Source: Acidobacteriota bacterium
Lineage (GTDB): Bacteria > Acidobacteriota > UBA6911 > RPQK01 > JADFOI01
NCBI GenBank assembly: GCA_963663035.1
Contig: OY760074.1
Coordinates: 3,264,001-3,328,000, forward strand
Direction of reading: 5' to 3'
Length of the DNA: 64,000 nucleotides
The notes beneath the pieces were generated by a model, which was not told the DNA's origin, ran no database searches, and saw only the letters and a program-made list of their open reading frames with translations. Positions 19,653 to 29,026 of the stretch are shown piece by piece. A program made the translations under genes and the position numbers. The first letter of the stretch is position 1; each line of letters opens with the position of its first letter.

Positions 19653-22069
19653 TTATGGCATCAGGGGCATCCGCAGCAGCAGGTCGGTAAAGCGTGGATC
19701 GTCGCGGAGGGGGTCCCACGCTGGGCTTACTTTGAGAAAAGTCAAACCAGTTTCTCGTTCCGCGAATGCCTTCTCCAACCACTCAAAGGCTTGGTCCTTT
19801 TCACCCAGGTAAGTATAGATGCCGGCAAATGTGACAGGTGAGACAGACTCACCCCGTTTTAGGCTTTCTGTCTCGTAGTCCAGCCACCACCGACTGAAGG
19901 CCTCTTTACCCGAAGCCGCGGCATCTGCAAGTCCTGCTACCTCTTCCTGGCTGGCTCCCCCAAGGATCTGATCTCTTTGAAAAGCCACCGCTGCTTCCTG
20001 GTACTGCCCCATTAGAAAATATGCATAGCCCATCCTGTTCCAGGCCAGCTGGAAGTCTGGATTGATCTCCAGCGCCGCCTCACTCTGCTCTATGGCTTCA
20101 CTGTATCTACGGGCGTTAATAAAGTGTAGTGCTACAGCTTGTCTAGCCTCCAGGCTGAGTGGATCAAGCTCCTGAGCGCGCCTGATCTGAGCGATCGCTT
20201 CATCATGCTGACCCATTGTTGACAGGGCAAAGGAATAACCATAATGGGCCCGGTAAGAGCTGGGGTCGAGCTCAAGGGCTATTTTGTATTCCCTTTCCGC
20301 CCCCAGGTCGTCCCAATAGTAAGCACGTTTGAAATCTCCCAGGGCTGCGTAAGCTTCGGCCAGCGTGTTGTCGATCTCCAGTGCTCTCTTCGCCATCTCC
20401 TCCGCTAATGGCATGCCTTCCTGTACAGGTATGGCATCAAGAAAGACTGCAAGCGAATAGTAGGATCGGGATAGGGCTGTGTAGGCTCGGGCGTAGTTTG
20501 GATCTTTTTCAATCGCTTTCTTGAAGTGCTGGATTGCGTTATCTACAGTCTCTCCCGTCAACTTTGCGTATTCAGCCTGACCCTTCAGATAGGCTTCATG
20601 TGCTTCGCTATTGTTGGTATAGCGTTTTGCTAGTTGTTCTTGCTCCTTGCCACTCAACTGGAGTCCCAGAGCATCGGCAATCTCCTTGCTGAGGGATTCT
20701 TCCATTTCATACAGTGCTGATCGTGGCCGGGTGTAGGTTTTCCCCCACAGCGTGCTGTTGTTCTGTGCATCCACCAGTTCCACATAAATCCTCAGGTTCT
20801 CTCCCTGGGAGGTCATGTTCCCGGTGACGACGGCTCCTACATCGACCTCTTGTACTACGGTCCCGGCATCTACGTCCTGATCCTTGTAGCGCCTCATTGA
20901 GGTACTGGAAATGACCTTCTCCAGTTCAGACAGCTGAGAGAGCCGGCTGATAATCCCCTCGGCAAGCCCGTCACTCACGTACTCCAACTCAGGGTCACCA
21001 CTGCGGTTTTCAAACGGCAGGATGGCAATGGAATCGATGGCCTCGGCAGGAGCAGCAGTGAACGGCCAAAACAAGCAGCAGTGAACGGCCAAAACAAGGC
21101 GAGAAGCAAAAGGACAGCTAAGACCACTCCTCCACCCACCCCAGGCCAAAAGTAAATCCGCTTAGCTGGAATAGCTGCGGGTACGGTTGCAGTGGCGACT
21201 GACTCACCCGATGTATCTCTCTTCAACCTCTTCAGATCCACTAACAACTCTTTGGAAGACTGGCAACGAATCTCCCTGTCTTTCTCCAGAGACTTGTTGA
21301 TGATGTCCTCCAGCTTGTCAGGCAAATCCGGATTCAGTCGCACTGGAGCTGTAGGGGCTTTATTCAGAATCTCATCAAAGACGACCGCTGTCGTGCTTCC
21401 CTGAAACGGTAAACTCCCGGTCGCCATCTCATATAACACCACACCCAAAGAGAAAAGATCTGTCCGAGCATCCAGTTCCTCACCCCGCGCCTGCTCAGGC
21501 GACATGTAAGCGACTGTTCCCAAGGCCGTCCCAGGACTGGTGAGAGCCTGCTCCGACACCTGAGCGGTGGGCATTCTGGAGTCCACTTCCGTTTGCTCCT
21601 GGGTCAGCTTGGCCAGGCCGAAGTCCAGGACCTTGGCGTCGCCCCGCTGGGTGATGAAGATATTGCCCGGTTTGATGTCTCTGTGGACAATGCCCTTGGA
21701 ATGAGCGGCATCTAAAGCATCGGCAATCTGGCTCCCCAGATCCAGCAGCTCGTCCGTTTGCATGGAGCTTCCCTGGATGCGGTGCTTGAGTGTCTGCCCT
21801 TCCAAAAACTCCATGACGATGAAGGGCTGGCTCTGGTGTTCGCCAATATCATGGATCACACAGATATTCGGGTGGTTGAGGGCCGAGGCCGCCCTGGCTT
21901 CTCTTTGGAACCGTTCCAGGGCCTGTTTGTTCTGGGCGAACTTCTCAGGCAGAAACTTCAGGGCCACATTGCGGCCCAGCCTGGTGTCTTCGGCCTTGTA
22001 GACGACACCCATTCCTCCGCTACCGAGTTTCTCCAGGATTTCGTAGTGTGAAATGGTTTGGCCGATCAC
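19653..22069 (-). pseudogene. Ser/Thr kinase-TM-TolB_N-like-TPR protein split by a 23-bp tandem duplication
   Basis: Kinase motifs [28 protein letters not shown]. Downstream SIAILPFEN and TPRs lie in another frame. Duplication at 21051-21096. Confidence 0.85.
21051..21096. repeat. Perfect 23-bp tandem duplication AGCAGCAGTGAACGGCCAAAACA
   Basis: Copies at 21051-21073 and 21074-21096. Confidence 0.95.
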
Positions 22070-22146
22070 TATTTGACTCCCCCTCCAGGCGGGTGTGATA
22101 TCTCCTAGATGTTAAGCCTTAAGGGGTCTGAATGCAGTATAAAGAA

Positions 22147-22240
22147 AGGAGTCAGGAGAAAGGAGTCAGGAGATAGGAGGAGCTGTCAGCTGTCAGCGGG
22201 CCAGTTGTCAGTGGTCAGTGGTTCCGTGGTCAATTGCCAG
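22147..22240. repeat. Degenerate heptamer tandem repeats (GTCAGGA/GTCAGCT/GTCAGTG)
   Basis: Read directly. Overlaps the 3' end of surE. Confidence 0.7.
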
Positions 22241-23046
22241 CTTTCCAGGATGGGTATCAGCCCGTGGTCGGTGGTGTCCAATTGCAAAGGAGTGATGGCA
22301 ATATAACCCTCCAGCAGGGCCCGCAGGTCGGTGTTGGGTGCGCCACCAGTTGCTGGCTGGTAACTCTGCCAAAAATAGTCCTGCCCGCCCGGCATCTCTC
22401 CCTTCACGTAAAAAGAACGGGAGACCTCCAGGCTGAGGGATACGATTCTCCCTCCCTTGACTTGATCTTCCGGCAGCGCCGGGTAATTGACATTGAGGAA
22501 GGTTTTGGGTGGAAGCTTCTCTTTCAAGTACTTTTCCACCAGGTGGGCAGTGAATTCCGCTGCCGCCTTAAAGTCCATGTGGGAACCGGATTGAACGGAA
22601 ACGGCGATAGAGGGAATCCCCTGAAAGGCAGCCTCACGGGCTGCAGCCACGGTGCCGGAGTAATAACTCACCAGTCCCAGATTGTCACCATTGTTGCTGC
22701 CAGAGACCACAATATCCGGTCTGTCAGACAACAGACTTTCCAGTGCCAGGCTCACGCAAGTGGCTGGCCGGGCAGTGATGGCGTGCCAAACAGAACCTCC
22801 CTCATCTGTCCGCGTGGTCACGAAAATCGGAGTGCGTCCCGAGGTCAAACCATGGCTGCTAAGGCTCTGATTGGTGGCCGGAGCTGCCACGGTCACTGTG
22901 CCCACTCGACTGAGGGCCTGGTGCATGGCCAATAACCCGGGAGCGTCAATCCCATCGTCGTTGGTGAGGAGAATGTGGGGCAGGTTTTGAGAAAGACCGA
23001 AGACAGAGAAGGACAGTGTTACCAAGACAAGAAGCAGTTTTCTCAT
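22186..23046 (-). CDS. surE: 5'/3'-nucleotidase SurE with N-terminal signal peptide
   Basis: ILLTNDDGIDAPG, SGSNNGDN, YSGTVAAAREA, ITPLQLD. Confidence 0.9.
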   Translation of the reverse strand: MRKLLLVLVTLSFSVFGLSQNLPHILLTNDDGIDAPGLLAMHQALSRVGTVTVAAPATNQSLSSHGLTSGRTPIFVTTRTDEGGSVWHAITARPATCVSLALESLLSDRPDIVVSGSNNGDNLGLVSYYSGTVAAAREAAFQGIPSIAVSVQSGSHMDFKAAAEFTAHLVEKYLKEKLPPKTFLNVNYPALPEDQVKGGRIVSLSLEVSRSFYVKGEMPGGQDYFWQSYQPATGGAPNTDLRALLEGYIAITPLQLDTTDHGLIPILESWQLTTEPLTTDNWPADS

Positions 23047-23111
23047 TCGATCACCTCCGATGGGAAAGGGTCAGCTGCGGGGCCTGCTTGCATCACACTT
23101 CTGTGTGCGAC

Positions 23112-24539
23112 TCACCGGAGGTATTTATCCATCCACTCTCCGTAAACCTCTTCATGTTCCTTGGCGATCCAGCTCCCCGGATCCGCCACGTAATCTCTTT
23201 GATAGTCCCCTTCGACATTGATCCCGGGTATGGCCGGGATCCATGCCTCCTTGAGCACCTCATCGGGATCTCCGTACTTGGCGGCTAATTGCCTGATTTC
23301 CGGATCATCCAGGACGGTTAAATGGCCCTTGTCGATGAGCTTGATGGTCTCACCATCCTCGGTTTCCATCTCAAAGGTGTTGAAGTAGGTGTGAACATGA
23401 AAATGGCCGTCAGGCATGTTGTTGTCTATTGCCCACTGCCCTCCTCCTTGAACGCCGATGCCCCAGTGAATGATCCCGGTTCTTGCTCTTTCCCAGCTTA
23501 AGATTCGGCTGGGCTGAATCATGACATTGGCGGGTCGTGCAGACTTTGGATTGGTTCCGATAGCCACTTCATACAGCCAACCCATTCCCGGGCCGGGCAT
23601 GCCCGGCCACTGGACATCCTTATATTTGTCCAGGACAGACTTCCAGTTTTCCCCATAGCTGCCGCCGGCTTCGATTCGGGTGATGTTGTTCCCGCTAATG
23701 TAAACTTTGATTTGAGGGAAAAATCCGGTGTGGTTGGAGGATCCGGCAATCACCCCTTCGGCGTCCAGAATACTCTTGGTGTCAAAAGGAGGATAAGCCG
23801 CGATATGACCTCTGCTCTGAATCCGCTCTGGATGCTCACGGTCTTCTCTTCTCACCGTCCAGGTAATATCGGTCCCCTCCGGATCGGTGACTCTGACCTT
23901 TCTTGCCTTCAGCAGTGTGTCCCAAGTCTTCTGGTCTATAGCTTCAACGATCTCAGCAGGGTACTCGGCCGTACCCGAAATGAACTCGTCCAGCGTTTGC
24001 CATGGGATTTTTTCCCATCGAAATCCTGAATGTTCCGGGTTGCCTCCACCGGTTCCGTGGATCACCACATGATATTCAGCAACTCCCCTGGCCAGGTCAG
24101 CAATGAAAGTCTTGGAGCGCATGGCGTTGTCTCTCAGGAAAAGGAAATATTCCAACTCCTTGATCGCTTCCCCGGGCTTCATCTCTGGGAAAAAGCTGTG
24201 ATAGTCCAAAAAGAGCACATCTACTTTCCCCCCGGCTTCTCGGATCGCCATCTCCAGGGCTGCCACAACGTTACGATCAAAGGCACTGTCCGGGGCCAGC
24301 AGAACTCTCTGGCCAGGTTGGATGCCCCAACCCACAGCAAACCCCGTCCCCTCCCTGGAGGGTCGGTTCACGATGGTTCGGGCAATCTCCAGCAAATCCT
24401 CCGGGCCGTCAACATCCCTCAGATTGGGATAGGTCGGCGCCGGATAATCAAAGGTCCGTTGTGCCATCAGTGGAGTACTCAGAGCCACAATGGCCCACAC
24501 CAGGAGCAAGCCACTTCCGGTCAAGTGTTTTGTTTTCAT
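23112..24539 (-). CDS. Secreted hypothetical metalloenzyme, M29 aminopeptidase/NicX-like fold
   Basis: Signal peptide, VRVTDPEGTDI, EVAIGTNP, HWGIG, HFHVH. Confidence 0.55.
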   Translation of the reverse strand: MKTKHLTGSGLLLVWAIVALSTPLMAQRTFDYPAPTYPNLRDVDGPEDLLEIARTIVNRPSREGTGFAVGWGIQPGQRVLLAPDSAFDRNVVAALEMAIREAGGKVDVLFLDYHSFFPEMKPGEAIKELEYFLFLRDNAMRSKTFIADLARGVAEYHVVIHGTGGGNPEHSGFRWEKIPWQTLDEFISGTAEYPAEIVEAIDQKTWDTLLKARKVRVTDPEGTDITWTVRREDREHPERIQSRGHIAAYPPFDTKSILDAEGVIAGSSNHTGFFPQIKVYISGNNITRIEAGGSYGENWKSVLDKYKDVQWPGMPGPGMGWLYEVAIGTNPKSARPANVMIQPSRILSWERARTGIIHWGIGVQGGGQWAIDNNMPDGHFHVHTYFNTFEMETEDGETIKLIDKGHLTVLDDPEIRQLAAKYGDPDEVLKEAWIPAIPGINVEGDYQRDYVADPGSWIAKEHEEVYGEWMDKYLR

Positions 24540-24627
24540 GTCGTTGCCTCCTCGAAGGCCTGATGATTCATTAAATAGAGTTATGACGGAAAGTATAGTC
24601 GTTGAGATCGATTAAGGAAAACAATTA

Positions 24628-24805
24628 TAGCCCGCACTATGCATAACTTTTCTGCTACAGTGTCGCAATCATTCGCGCTGACGGCGTTGTGCGACCCGCA
24701 AGCGGGTACCCCTCACACGCCTTGTCATCGCGGCGCTTGCGCCACGTCGCTACGAAAACCTAAGCATAGTGCGGGCTAGCCGGGACCTTTGCATAATCCC
24801 GGCTA
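24628..24805. mobile_element. MITE-like repeat, family A copy 5 (24628-24778) plus abutting 29-bp ends-only derivative (24777-24805)
   Basis: TAGCCCGCACTATGCATA...TAAGCATAGTGCGGGCTA then TAGCCGGGACCTTTGCATAATCCCGGCTA, sharing the TA. Confidence 0.8.
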
Positions 24806-24846
24806 GTGCCTTCTGTGGTGACTGGGTGGGTAGCTGTTGAGAGGGG

Positions 24847-25554
24847 CTAAGCGGCAGCCAAAGACTGCAGGAGTTGGCGCTGGTCCTGGCTGTCGCACTG
24901 AAGGAATTCCAAAGCTACTGAGTTGAGTGTTTCTCCTCCACGCTCGACCTGTTTTGAGCGCAAGATCGAGCCCACGGCATCGATTTCACAGGAGGGTTTG
25001 AAGTGGACTTTCAGCGCCAGTTTATCTCTCACTTTCAAGGGAAGGTTGGTTTCAAATTCCAATCCCCCCACACCGATATTCTGGGTCGTGAAGTTGACAA
25101 AGTGCTCACCGACCAGCTGGGAGACGGCAGCATCGATCACGGTGAGGAACAAAGGGATTCGTGCGCGAACCCGGTAAGATTTCCTGCCCTGTGCTGTTAC
25201 GCCTTCGCTCCTGACCCACACTGCCACCAGCTGGCCAGGCGCGCCCATGATCTTGACAACCTTTGCATCCCAGAAGAAGGCAACCGGCCCTTCATCCCAG
25301 TACTGGATTCGTACTCGTTCTCCTTCTCCGAAAGGGAGTTGCGAGGCCGGTTTGGCAAGCTCCAGGCAGATTTCCTCCGAGGAGCTGTGGGTCACAGTGG
25401 CCGCGACCTCTCCTTTTGATTCTGTATGGATGGATAAAACTAAGCCTGTCTTGAAGAACAGGTTTGGGTAATGACCGGAGCCTGTCTCTGGCTCTTGGCT
25501 GACTTGCGATGCTGGGTAGGGCACTTGGGGTGCCCCATGCTTTTTCAAGTTCAT
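24847..25554 (-). CDS. PilZ-domain protein (YcgR-like architecture)
   Basis: RKSYR (RxxxR) and NIGVGG (D/NxSxxG-like) motifs. Confidence 0.7.
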   Translation of the reverse strand: MNLKKHGAPQVPYPASQVSQEPETGSGHYPNLFFKTGLVLSIHTESKGEVAATVTHSSSEEICLELAKPASQLPFGEGERVRIQYWDEGPVAFFWDAKVVKIMGAPGQLVAVWVRSEGVTAQGRKSYRVRARIPLFLTVIDAAVSQLVGEHFVNFTTQNIGVGGLEFETNLPLKVRDKLALKVHFKPSCEIDAVGSILRSKQVERGGETLNSVALEFLQCDSQDQRQLLQSLAAA

Positions 25555-25712
25555 GACTTGTCCCTCCCGCTGGTGTTTAATGCAGGAATGGGGCCAATTC
25601 CTTGCGAAGCAACTAAATCATTGAACTATTGGAAGTTATGGGATTCAAGGGAAAACTCCTGAGAAGGTGTTTTTGACAATTTTTGTCACCTTATCTAACC
25701 CTTCCTCTCACT

Positions 25713-28469
25713 CTACCGCACCGGGTTACCGGCGGCATCAACCTGATAAATCTCGCCCAGGTTCAGTTCACGAATTCCTTCTTCGATCTTAGCGAGATCG
25801 CCGACAATCACCCAAACCAGATTATCCGCATGAATGAGACTCTGCGCAGCCTGCGAGATCTGAGAGAGCTTGAGGGCCCGAAGTCTCTCCGGATAGGTCT
25901 CGTAATGATCGTCGGGGAGACCGTAGCGAACGATTGCAGCAATGGAATTGCCGATCGCGGCAATGGTTTCCCAGGAGCCAGGAAGCCTGAGAATTCGGTT
26001 CTCCCGAGTTTTGACGAACTCTTCCTCTGTGGGTGGGCGATTGGCTGTCATCTCCCGCAGTTCCTTGAGAATCTCCACGATGGACTCTTTGGTTCGGTCC
26101 GTTTGAACAGGCGCACGTACAACGAAAGGCCTCTGGCCCCGTGCGCCATAGAGGCTCGACCTGGCCCCATAGGACCAGCCCTTGTCCTCGCGCAGGTTCA
26201 TATTGATGCGGGAGGTGAAGGTACCTCCAAGAATATGGTTCATGGTGTCGATGGCAAGTTCGTCCGGATTATTGGTGGGGGGTGCGATATGGGTGGCGTA
26301 TATGATCGACTGTTCAGCAGCCGGTTTATTCACCAGGTAGACGGCAGATCTTACGCGGTGCTCCACCACAGGAAGATTCTTGGCCGGGACAGGACCCGTT
26401 TGCCAAGGCTGGAAATGCTCCTCCAGCCTGGGGATGATCTCCTCCAGGGTGGTGTCGCCCACAACCACCAGGGTGGCATTGTTGGGTTTAAACCAGGTCC
26501 GGTAGAAGTTGATCAGGTCTTCATTTCTCAGGCTGCTGACAGATTCCTCTGTTCCCGAACCGGTATAGGGCCCTCCGTAAGGATGATTTTTCCCATAGAG
26601 GAGACCTGGAAAGACCCGAAGGCCCATTTGCGTGGGAGTGGTCTTCTCCCGCTGAATGCGGGCCAACTGCTCTTTTTGAAGTCGTGTGAACTCCTGCTCT
26701 GGAAAAGCCGGATCGAGAATCACATCGGCGTAGAGTTCGAGTGAAGAGTCCAACTCTGACTTGAGCACGGACAGGGAGACCGAGGAGTGATCCAGATTGG
26801 AGCCGGTCCGTAAGCGGGCACCTAGATTAGCCAGTTCCTCGCTGATCTCCAGCGCAGAACGCTTTGAGGTGCCCTCATCCAGCATGTCCATCGCCAGGCT
26901 GGCCACACCCGGCACCGAGTCCCGGTCGGCAGCATAACCCGCATCCACCAACAGGTTAAAGTTGATCAAGGGAACGGAGCTGCGTCTGGACACGATCACC
27001 TTCAACCCATTGGCCAGTGTCGTTCTTCTCAGCTCGGGAAAATCAGGCTGGGGAGGTATTCCAGGTTGAGGGAGCTTGGAGCGGTCGACTTCAGTTCCCG
27101 TGGTTTTGAGATCGGGAAAGGGGTGAACTTCAAGAATGTAAACCCCATCTGAAAGCCACCGCCTGGCTGCCCCTGTCAAATCAGAGGGTTGGGCACTCCC
27201 CACCCTCTGCAAGGTTGTTTTGTAATAGTCGGGGCGGCCGCCATAGACCTCGTTGCTGGCCAAAATGTCGGACTTGCCGCCAAATCCTCCCACCCGCTCG
27301 ATACCTCGGATGAAACGGGACATAAACTGGGTCTGGACGCGTTGCAGTTCCCTCTCGGTTGGTCCCTGCTCGAGAAATCTTTCCAACTCTTGGTCGATGG
27401 CGGCTTCCACCCTGGCAAGCTCTTCCCCGGGACGAGCTGTGGCTCGAATCCGAAACTGGCCGCCAATCTCCAGGAGGTCAGCGAAGGCGGACACATCCGT
27501 TGCAATCTGGTCGTCGTACACCAGCCGCTTGTAGAGTCGAGAGGTTTTTCCCGAAGCCAGAACACTTCCCACCAGGCTCAAGTAGTCGGCATCGGCCGAA
27601 CCCCACTCGGGAATATTCCAGACCTTCTCAATGCGAGCCTGGGGGACATGATCCTGGACGGTCTGGCGATGGGTCCCGGTCATCTTGGCAACCCAAACCT
27701 TTTGTCGAGCCACTGGCGGTCCGGCCGGGATGTTTCCAAAATATCTTTTCACCGTGCTGAGGGCTGTTTGGGCGTCAACGTCCCCGGCAATGGCTATCAC
27801 AGCATTGTTAGGACCATAGTAGCTCCTGAACCACTCCCGGACATCGTCCAGTTTCGCTGCATTCAAATCCTCCATGGAACCGATGACCGTCCACGAATAG
27901 GGGTGGCCGGCAGGATAAGTGTTCTTAACAATCAACTCGTAGGCGACGCCGTAGGGCCGATTCTCACCCTGGCGCTTTTCGTTTTGAACCACTCCCCGTT
28001 GTTCATCGAGCTTTTCCTGGGTGATGGCCCCCAGCAAATGTCCCATGCGATCCGATTCCATCCAGCTCGCCAGGTCCAGTGCAGAACTGGGAACATTCTG
28101 GAAATAGTTGGTCCTGTCGTTGCTGGTGGTCCCGTTGAGATCGGTGGCTCCTACGCGCTCCAAGGCCTGAAAGTAATCATTGTCGAAGTGTTCACTTCCG
28201 TTGAACATGAGATGTTCAAAGAGGTGTGCAAAACCACTTCTGCCCGGACTCTCGTCCTTGGAGCCGACGTGATACCACACATTGACCGCCACGATCGGCA
28301 CCTTGTGATCCTCATGGACGATAAGAGTCAATCCATTCTCGAGCACAAATCTCTGATACGGAATGTCAATCTCGCTGATCATGTCTTCCACACCAGTGGA
28401 GGAAGCCATGGCCAGGGTGGGCAGGCAGAAAAGGCTGAAAAGGAACGTGGTTGCTTTATGCGATTTCAT
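25713..28469 (-). CDS. M16 family zinc protease, secreted
   Basis: HLFEHLMF (HxxEH), NGTTSNDRTNY, C-terminal LREDKGWSYG, signal peptide. Confidence 0.93.
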   Translation of the reverse strand: MKSHKATTFLFSLFCLPTLAMASSTGVEDMISEIDIPYQRFVLENGLTLIVHEDHKVPIVAVNVWYHVGSKDESPGRSGFAHLFEHLMFNGSEHFDNDYFQALERVGATDLNGTTSNDRTNYFQNVPSSALDLASWMESDRMGHLLGAITQEKLDEQRGVVQNEKRQGENRPYGVAYELIVKNTYPAGHPYSWTVIGSMEDLNAAKLDDVREWFRSYYGPNNAVIAIAGDVDAQTALSTVKRYFGNIPAGPPVARQKVWVAKMTGTHRQTVQDHVPQARIEKVWNIPEWGSADADYLSLVGSVLASGKTSRLYKRLVYDDQIATDVSAFADLLEIGGQFRIRATARPGEELARVEAAIDQELERFLEQGPTERELQRVQTQFMSRFIRGIERVGGFGGKSDILASNEVYGGRPDYYKTTLQRVGSAQPSDLTGAARRWLSDGVYILEVHPFPDLKTTGTEVDRSKLPQPGIPPQPDFPELRRTTLANGLKVIVSRRSSVPLINFNLLVDAGYAADRDSVPGVASLAMDMLDEGTSKRSALEISEELANLGARLRTGSNLDHSSVSLSVLKSELDSSLELYADVILDPAFPEQEFTRLQKEQLARIQREKTTPTQMGLRVFPGLLYGKNHPYGGPYTGSGTEESVSSLRNEDLINFYRTWFKPNNATLVVVGDTTLEEIIPRLEEHFQPWQTGPVPAKNLPVVEHRVRSAVYLVNKPAAEQSIIYATHIAPPTNNPDELAIDTMNHILGGTFTSRINMNLREDKGWSYGARSSLYGARGQRPFVVRAPVQTDRTKESIVEILKELREMTANRPPTEEEFVKTRENRILRLPGSWETIAAIGNSIAAIVRYGLPDDHYETYPERLRALKLSQISQAAQSLIHADNLVWVIVGDLAKIEEGIRELNLGEIYQVDAAGNPVR

Positions 28470-28628
28470 GGTCTTCTCCCCTTTTACCCAAAGGATAAGC
28501 CTTCAGAGATTCGAAGGCAACAAGGGAAACCGAACACAAAAGTCAGAAGTCAGAGGCAAAATATCCTTTGCTGGCTTGTTCAGTGTGCAGACTTCGGTCA
28601 CTATATATAGAGCCACAGAGGCACTGTT

Positions 28629-28967
28629 ATGAAAAGAAAAGAGAAAAGGGTAGCAACTCGGGTTCAGGTACCGCTTGCAGGAAGCGTGACTTTTGAGGCT
28701 AAAGGAAAAGGGCTGCAAACGATTCAAGTGGTCGCTAAGGATGTTAGCGAAGACGGCACTTTCCTGTGGGTGGACAATCCCGAAACCTTCCCTCTTGTGG
28801 GTGACAAGGTAGGAATCAATCTGAGCTGCTCTTCTGATCTCAAGCGGGTGAAGCTAGCCATGGAAGCCTCTGGGATCGTTACCCGTGTGACTCGGCCCAA
28901 AGGGGGTCAACCTGGATTTGCAATCCGGTTCGAGGAAGTTCCGATCTGGGGTAAAGGAGCCAGCTAG
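28629..28967 (+). CDS. Stand-alone PilZ-domain protein
   Basis: RVATR and DVSEDG motifs, C-terminal GFAIRF. Confidence 0.75.
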   Translation: MKRKEKRVATRVQVPLAGSVTFEAKGKGLQTIQVVAKDVSEDGTFLWVDNPETFPLVGDKVGINLSCSSDLKRVKLAMEASGIVTRVTRPKGGQPGFAIRFEEVPIWGKGAS

Positions 28968-29026
28968 CCCCCTCAGCCTTCCAATCTCAGACCCATCCAA
29001 CTTCGGCCATACCAGTGGGAACCCGT

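Noticed and set aside
25683-28610. Long + strand ORFs 25683-26744 and 27189-28610
   Set aside because: Antisense shadows of the M16 protease with no motifs. The same applies to 157-1146, 11869-12786, 33468-34271 and 59872-60843.
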